From the NCBI GenBank assembly GCA_964522855.1, contig CAZFXI010000003.1, positions 4,265-68,264 of the forward strand: a DNA stretch of 64,000 nt, written 5' to 3'. The notes under the pieces were generated by a model. The model had not been told where the DNA came from, did not search any database, and saw only the letters and a list, made by a program, of their open reading frames with translations. Source of the stretch: an uncultured Sedimenticola sp. GTDB taxonomy: Bacteria; Pseudomonadota; Gammaproteobacteria; Chromatiales; Chromatiaceae. The translations under genes were made by a program, and so were the position numbers. Below are positions 60,005 through 64,000 of the stretch, piece after piece. Position 1 is the first letter of the stretch. The number at the start of each line of letters is the position of its first letter.

Positions 60005-60057
60005 ATGTGCTGGCCTGCCTGTCCAGGAGAAGAACGCGGGACGGCGGCAGGGTTAGC

Positions 60058-60981
60058 TCATTTTTCTACTTTCGGCATATCGATGGTGGGGATTTTTGGG
60101 TCGAACTCCTCGATCTTTTCCAACAGGGCAGTGGCGGCCTGCATATTGGCCGTGACCCGATTCCTGTCACTTCCGGACATGTGCGCCCAGCGGCTCAATG
60201 CCGTGTAGCTGGCCAGTTCAGGCTGTTCCTCGATGGCCTTGCGGTGATCCGCCATGGAGGGGATGCGGGCTTCCTCGATTTTCTTCTGCACCACGGTGAC
60301 ATCCTCGAAGCCGATACGCAGGCCGTAGACGATGTAATTGAATTCCACGTCATCGGGATAACCTGGCGCAGATTTTACCACCAGTTCGGAAGTGGTCAGG
60401 GAGGACTGGTACAGAATGCTCCAGCCGTTTTTCAGCGTTAGATGGGATGTCAGGCCGATATCTGGATTGGTCACCCATTTGAAGGTCTCGCCCAATGGAA
60501 TGCGCGCTTCTCCATTCACGAGTCTGGCGCTGCCGCGGGTATAGGTGGCCACTTCGTCACCTTCCGGTGCGGAATAGACGATGACATGATCCTCGTCTTC
60601 CGGGTGGTTTTGCACGAAGCTGACATTTCCTGTTCCCCAAATTTTATAGGTACTGAATCCAACGTAGGCAAAAGTGGAACTGTCTTTGTCGTTAAATGTA
60701 CCGCCTGCAAGATTCCCAGCTGCCCGAATGCCGTAGTCGCCGGTTCCCACTTCGGCAGACCCTGAGTTGTCTGTATCTGAAAACACTCCGCCGGCATTGT
60801 TGCCGCTGGCTTCGATGCCATGGTCGCCGGTTGCAATCCAGGCATGTCCGGAACGAAGGGTATTCCAAAAATAGCCGCCAACCCAGGTACTCCCTGCAGA
60901 AATACCTGCTGCTTGAATGATTGGGGGAGAAAGCAGTGTCAGTATTGGTGCCAGGAAGAAGATAAGGCTTTTCTTTATCAT
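60058..60981 (-). CDS. exported hypothetical protein with 29-aa Gly-rich repeats and a fibre/adhesin-like C-terminal domain
   Basis: GAGAGG SD before ATG 60981; signal peptide; tandem repeats; HPEDEDHVIVYSAPEGDEVATYTRGSARLVNGEARIPL segment. Confidence 0.7.
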   Translation of the reverse strand: MIKKSLIFFLAPILTLLSPPIIQAAGISAGSTWVGGYFWNTLRSGHAWIATGDHGIEASGNNAGGVFSDTDNSGSAEVGTGDYGIRAAGNLAGGTFNDKDSSTFAYVGFSTYKIWGTGNVSFVQNHPEDEDHVIVYSAPEGDEVATYTRGSARLVNGEARIPLGETFKWVTNPDIGLTSHLTLKNGWSILYQSSLTTSELVVKSAPGYPDDVEFNYIVYGLRIGFEDVTVVQKKIEEARIPSMADHRKAIEEQPELASYTALSRWAHMSGSDRNRVTANMQAATALLEKIEEFDPKIPTIDMPKVEK

Positions 60982-61052
60982 GATAATCCTCTCTATTTCT
61001 CTTTTATACATAGACATATATGGCAGCTTGATTCGCTGTATATGAATGCTTG

Positions 61053-61066
61053 TTGACCAGCATCAA
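61053..61066 (-). promoter_or_regulatory. FNR/Anr-like box upstream of the orphan gene
   Basis: TTGAC-CAGC-ATCAA, one mismatch to consensus. Confidence 0.5.
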
Positions 61067-61127
61067 AAGAAACAGCACTTTTCAGTTGCGGTAGTTTTGC
61101 TGTGGTGTGTATTGGTTTCAGTGCAGT

Positions 61128-61904
61128 TTAAGAAAGAGCATTGCCCAGACAGGCAAATTCCTTTACAGACAATTGTTCTGCCCTGATGGAAGGATCGATA
61201 CCACAGTTTTGCATGACCTCTTCTGATATGAGGCCTTTCAATGTGTTGCGCAGCGTTTTGCGCCGCTGGGAGAACGCCTGTGTTACTACCTTGGCGAACA
61301 GGGCGGGGTCATCGATGGGAAAAGGCGGTTTTTCGTGGGGAATCAGCCGCACGAAGGCCGATTCTACCTTGGGTGCTGGCTGGAAGGCGCCCGGGCCGAT
61401 GGGAAACAGCATCTGCACCTTGCAAACAGCCTGCAGCATCACGCTCAGGCGGCCGTAGGTCTTGCTGCCGGGGCCGGCCACCATGCGTTCCACAACCTCT
61501 TTCTGCAACATGAAGTGCATGTCCTGGATACACTGGTTGTTTTCCAGCAAGTGGAACAACAGAGGCGTGGAGATGTTATAGGGCAAATTGCCGATGACGC
61601 GCAGCTTTTCCCCGGCATCGGCCAGCTTACAGAAGTCGAATTTCAGGGCATCGGCGGAATGGAGCCGAAAACCTGAATAATTGCCGTACCTGTTCTCCAG
61701 TAGCTTGACCAGATCCCGATCCAGTTCCACGGCATCGAGTTGGCCTGCTGTGGTCAATAGCTGGTCGGTAATCGCGCCCTGTCCCGGACCGATTTCCACC
61801 AGATGATCTTGCGGTTTCGGATGAATAGCGCGCACGATTTTATCGATCACCTGAGGATCATGGAGAAAGTTCTGCCCGAAGCGTTTGCGTGCCTTGTGTC
61901 CCAT
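61128..61904 (-). CDS. rsmA: 16S rRNA m6,2A dimethyltransferase RsmA/KsgA
   Basis: RKRFGQNFL, EIGPGQG, VELDRDL, GNLPYNISTPL, QKEV, FSQRRKTLRN. Confidence 0.98.
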   Translation of the reverse strand: MGHKARKRFGQNFLHDPQVIDKIVRAIHPKPQDHLVEIGPGQGAITDQLLTTAGQLDAVELDRDLVKLLENRYGNYSGFRLHSADALKFDFCKLADAGEKLRVIGNLPYNISTPLLFHLLENNQCIQDMHFMLQKEVVERMVAGPGSKTYGRLSVMLQAVCKVQMLFPIGPGAFQPAPKVESAFVRLIPHEKPPFPIDDPALFAKVVTQAFSQRRKTLRNTLKGLISEEVMQNCGIDPSIRAEQLSVKEFACLGNALS

Positions 61905-61910
61905 GAGGCT

Positions 61911-61916
61911 ATTCTA
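61911..61916 (-). promoter_or_regulatory. -10 element TAGAAT 6 nt before the rsmA ATG
   Basis: TAGAAT-agcctc-ATG on the minus strand; no SD visible. Confidence 0.45.
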
Positions 61917-61981
61917 CCCTTGATTTATTCTGTCAGTAGTCTATACATGGATAAGGGGAATTGATAACGAGGAGAGAGAAC

Positions 61982-62215
61982 ATGTCTGACTACTGTACCG
62001 ATATTCTGATTCATATCGACGAAAACCTGGACGACGCCAATATCCATGAGATCGAGAGAGATATCAGCATGATCGATGGTGTTTACAGCGCTTGTGTGCA
62101 TGAAAATGCCCGACACCTGATGCTGGTGGATTATGATCCCGAGAATCTTGTTGCTCAGGAGCTGTTGGGCAGAGTGGAGAATCGTGGTTTGCATGCAGAA
62201 CTGATTGGTTTGTGA
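61982..62215 (+). CDS. small ferredoxin-fold/HMA-like protein lacking CxxC
   Basis: GGAG SD; DILIHIDENL ... IDGVYSA ... LMLVDYDP pattern resembles a beta-alpha-beta fold. Confidence 0.65.
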   Translation: MSDYCTDILIHIDENLDDANIHEIERDISMIDGVYSACVHENARHLMLVDYDPENLVAQELLGRVENRGLHAELIGL

Positions 62216-62400
62216 TCAAAACCGCAGGGTGAATCGGGCTGTATGATCGGCAATATATCTATGCCAAGATAAATTTGTATTGCTATGCACTATACCACCA
62301 GTCGGTCATGGTTGTTCCCGATAGGCATGCCACGTGAATAGATAGCGAAATCTTGCTGGAAGTTATACAATTTCCGGCCGTTTTCCAATTTTTCATATGT

Positions 62401-63750
62401 ATGACAGGCAAGCTGTATATAAAAACCTTTGGATGCCAGATGAACGAGTACGATTCCAGCAAGATGGAGGACGTACTGCGTGAGTCTCACGGACTGGAAA
62501 TCACCACCGAACCGGAAGCGGCTGATGTGCTGCTGCTCAACACCTGTTCCATTCGTGAGAAAGCCCAGGAAAAGGTGTTTTCCCTGTTGGGCCGCTGGAA
62601 GAACTGGAAGGCGGAAAAGCCCCATCTGGTGATCGGTGTAGGTGGCTGTGTGGCCAGCCAGGAAGGTGAGGCTATCCGTAGCCGGGCACCGTTTGTCGAT
62701 CTGGTTTTCGGCCCCCAGACCCTGCACCGTCTGCCGCAGATGCTGGATAACCTGCGTGAGCACCATCAGCCGGTGGTGGATGTGAGCTTCCCCGAGATCG
62801 AAAAGTTCGACCGCCTGCCCGAACCCCGTGCCGAAGGCCCCACGGCTTTCGTGTCCATCATGGAAGGCTGTTCCAAGTACTGCACCTATTGCGTGGTGCC
62901 CTATACCCGTGGAGAAGAAATCAGCCGCCCTTTCGATGATGTGATTGCCGAAGTGGCGCAACTGGCGCAGCAAGGCGTGCGCGAGGTCAACCTGCTGGGG
63001 CAGAACGTCAACGCCTACCGGGGCCAGATGCACGATGGTGAAATTGCCGATCTCGCCCTGCTGATCCGTTACGTGGCCGCCATCGATGGCATCGAGCGCA
63101 TTCGCTTCACCACCTCCCATCCTGTCGAATTCACCGGCAGCCTCATCGACGTGTATGCCGATGTGCCAGAGTTGGTGAGTTTCCTGCATCTGCCGGTGCA
63201 GTCAGGTTCGGACCGTATACTCATGGCCATGAAGCGTGGCCACAGTGCCTTCGAATACAAGCAGAAAATCAGGCGCCTGCGCGAGATCCGCCCGGATATC
63301 AGCGTTTCTTCCGATTTCATCATCGGCTTTCCCGGCGAGACGGACGAAGACCACGCCCTGACCATGAAGCTCATCGATGAGATCGGTTTCGACCAGTCCT
63401 TCAGTTTCATCTACAGCCGCCGTCCCGGAACGCCGGCTGCCGATTATCCAGATGATGTGCCCCATGACGTGAAGCAGGCGCGGCTGGCGCAGCTGCAACA
63501 GATGATCAACAGCAATGCCCAGCGCATCAGCCGCCAGATGGTGGGTACGGTGCAGCAGGTGCTGGTGGAACGCCATGCGCGCAAGGATGCCAGCGAACTG
63601 GCCGGGCGCACCGAAAACAACCGGGTGGTGAATTTCGCCGCGCCGGCATCTTTTATCGGGCAGTTCGTGGATGTGCGCATCACCGATGCGCTGCCCAATT
63701 CATTGCGTGGAGAACTGCTGGACGAGCCCGCTGCGGCGGCCATCGCCTGA
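62401..63750 (+). CDS. miaB: tRNA-2-methylthio-N6-dimethylallyladenosine synthase
   Basis: [53 protein letters not shown] domain. Confidence 0.98.
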   Translation: MTGKLYIKTFGCQMNEYDSSKMEDVLRESHGLEITTEPEAADVLLLNTCSIREKAQEKVFSLLGRWKNWKAEKPHLVIGVGGCVASQEGEAIRSRAPFVDLVFGPQTLHRLPQMLDNLREHHQPVVDVSFPEIEKFDRLPEPRAEGPTAFVSIMEGCSKYCTYCVVPYTRGEEISRPFDDVIAEVAQLAQQGVREVNLLGQNVNAYRGQMHDGEIADLALLIRYVAAIDGIERIRFTTSHPVEFTGSLIDVYADVPELVSFLHLPVQSGSDRILMAMKRGHSAFEYKQKIRRLREIRPDISVSSDFIIGFPGETDEDHALTMKLIDEIGFDQSFSFIYSRRPGTPAADYPDDVPHDVKQARLAQLQQMINSNAQRISRQMVGTVQQVLVERHARKDASELAGRTENNRVVNFAAPASFIGQFVDVRITDALPNSLRGELLDEPAAAAIA

Positions 63751-63757
63751 AGACTGT

Positions 63758-64000
63758 ATGACAACTGCTTTGGCATCTGACCATCCTGAATCTCTGGATC
63801 TTGTTCTGGAGCCCGAAAATAACGAACGATTGCGCAACGTCTGTGGCCAGCTGGATGAGCACCTTCGCCAGCTGGAAGTGCGCCTGGGTATCGAGATCAA
63901 CAACCGCGGCAGCAGCTTTCGTCTCATCGGTAACTCCGAGGCGGTGCAGGCCGGTGCCCAGCTGTTGCAGAAGCTGTATCAGGCCACCGAAAACGAAGTC
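63758..64000 (+). CDS. ybeZ: PhoH-like ATPase YbeZ, 5' part (truncated by the window end)
   Basis: LEPENNERLRNVCGQLDEHLRQLEVRLGIEINNRG; miaB-ybeZ synteny. Confidence 0.88.
   Translation, partial: MTTALASDHPESLDLVLEPENNERLRNVCGQLDEHLRQLEVRLGIEINNRGSSFRLIGNSEAVQAGAQLLQKLYQATENEV

Overview
This is a gene-dense, mostly core-genome window from a GC-rich Gammaproteobacterium. The gene content (SoxW-like tandem thioredoxin, c4-type cytochromes, glcDEF, many c-di-GMP enzymes) suggests a sulfur-oxidising, Chromatiales-like organism; that taxonomic call is inference. Gene order: gatCAB (-); mreBCD-mrdA-rodA-mltB-rlpA-dac-dat-ybeD-lipB-lipA-galE (+); trxA-rho-murU-GCS2-family ligase-M14 deacylase (-); rhlB; HAMP-GGDEF-EAL; yrfG/cysQ/SoxW-like; orphan trpB; metH plus a HugZ-like gene; tmcA-hemerythrin-nei; crp/osmC; CBS-hypothetical-EF-hand-dsbB; an EAL protein; two c-type cytochromes; two paralogous TonB-dependent receptors plus YfiR; glcDEF divergent from an alanine/serine-glyoxylate aminotransferase; lon-PilZ-7TM-DISM diguanylate cyclase (frameshifted); a fibre-like orphan; rsmA; miaB; partial phoH. 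I saw no tRNA, rRNA, CRISPR array, integrase or transposase gene. The best leads are: the TBDR-TBDR-YfiR module with no adjacent output enzyme; the gamma-glutamyl ligase/M14 hydrolase pair behind murU; the single-base frameshift in a T7 run of the cyclase; the glcDEF/aminotransferase C2-like glycolate salvage locus; a probable ATC start codon for mreC; an FNR-box-preceded repeat/fibre-like orphan; and a candidate four-way-junction RNA. All family calls come from recognising motifs by eye; no database search was run.
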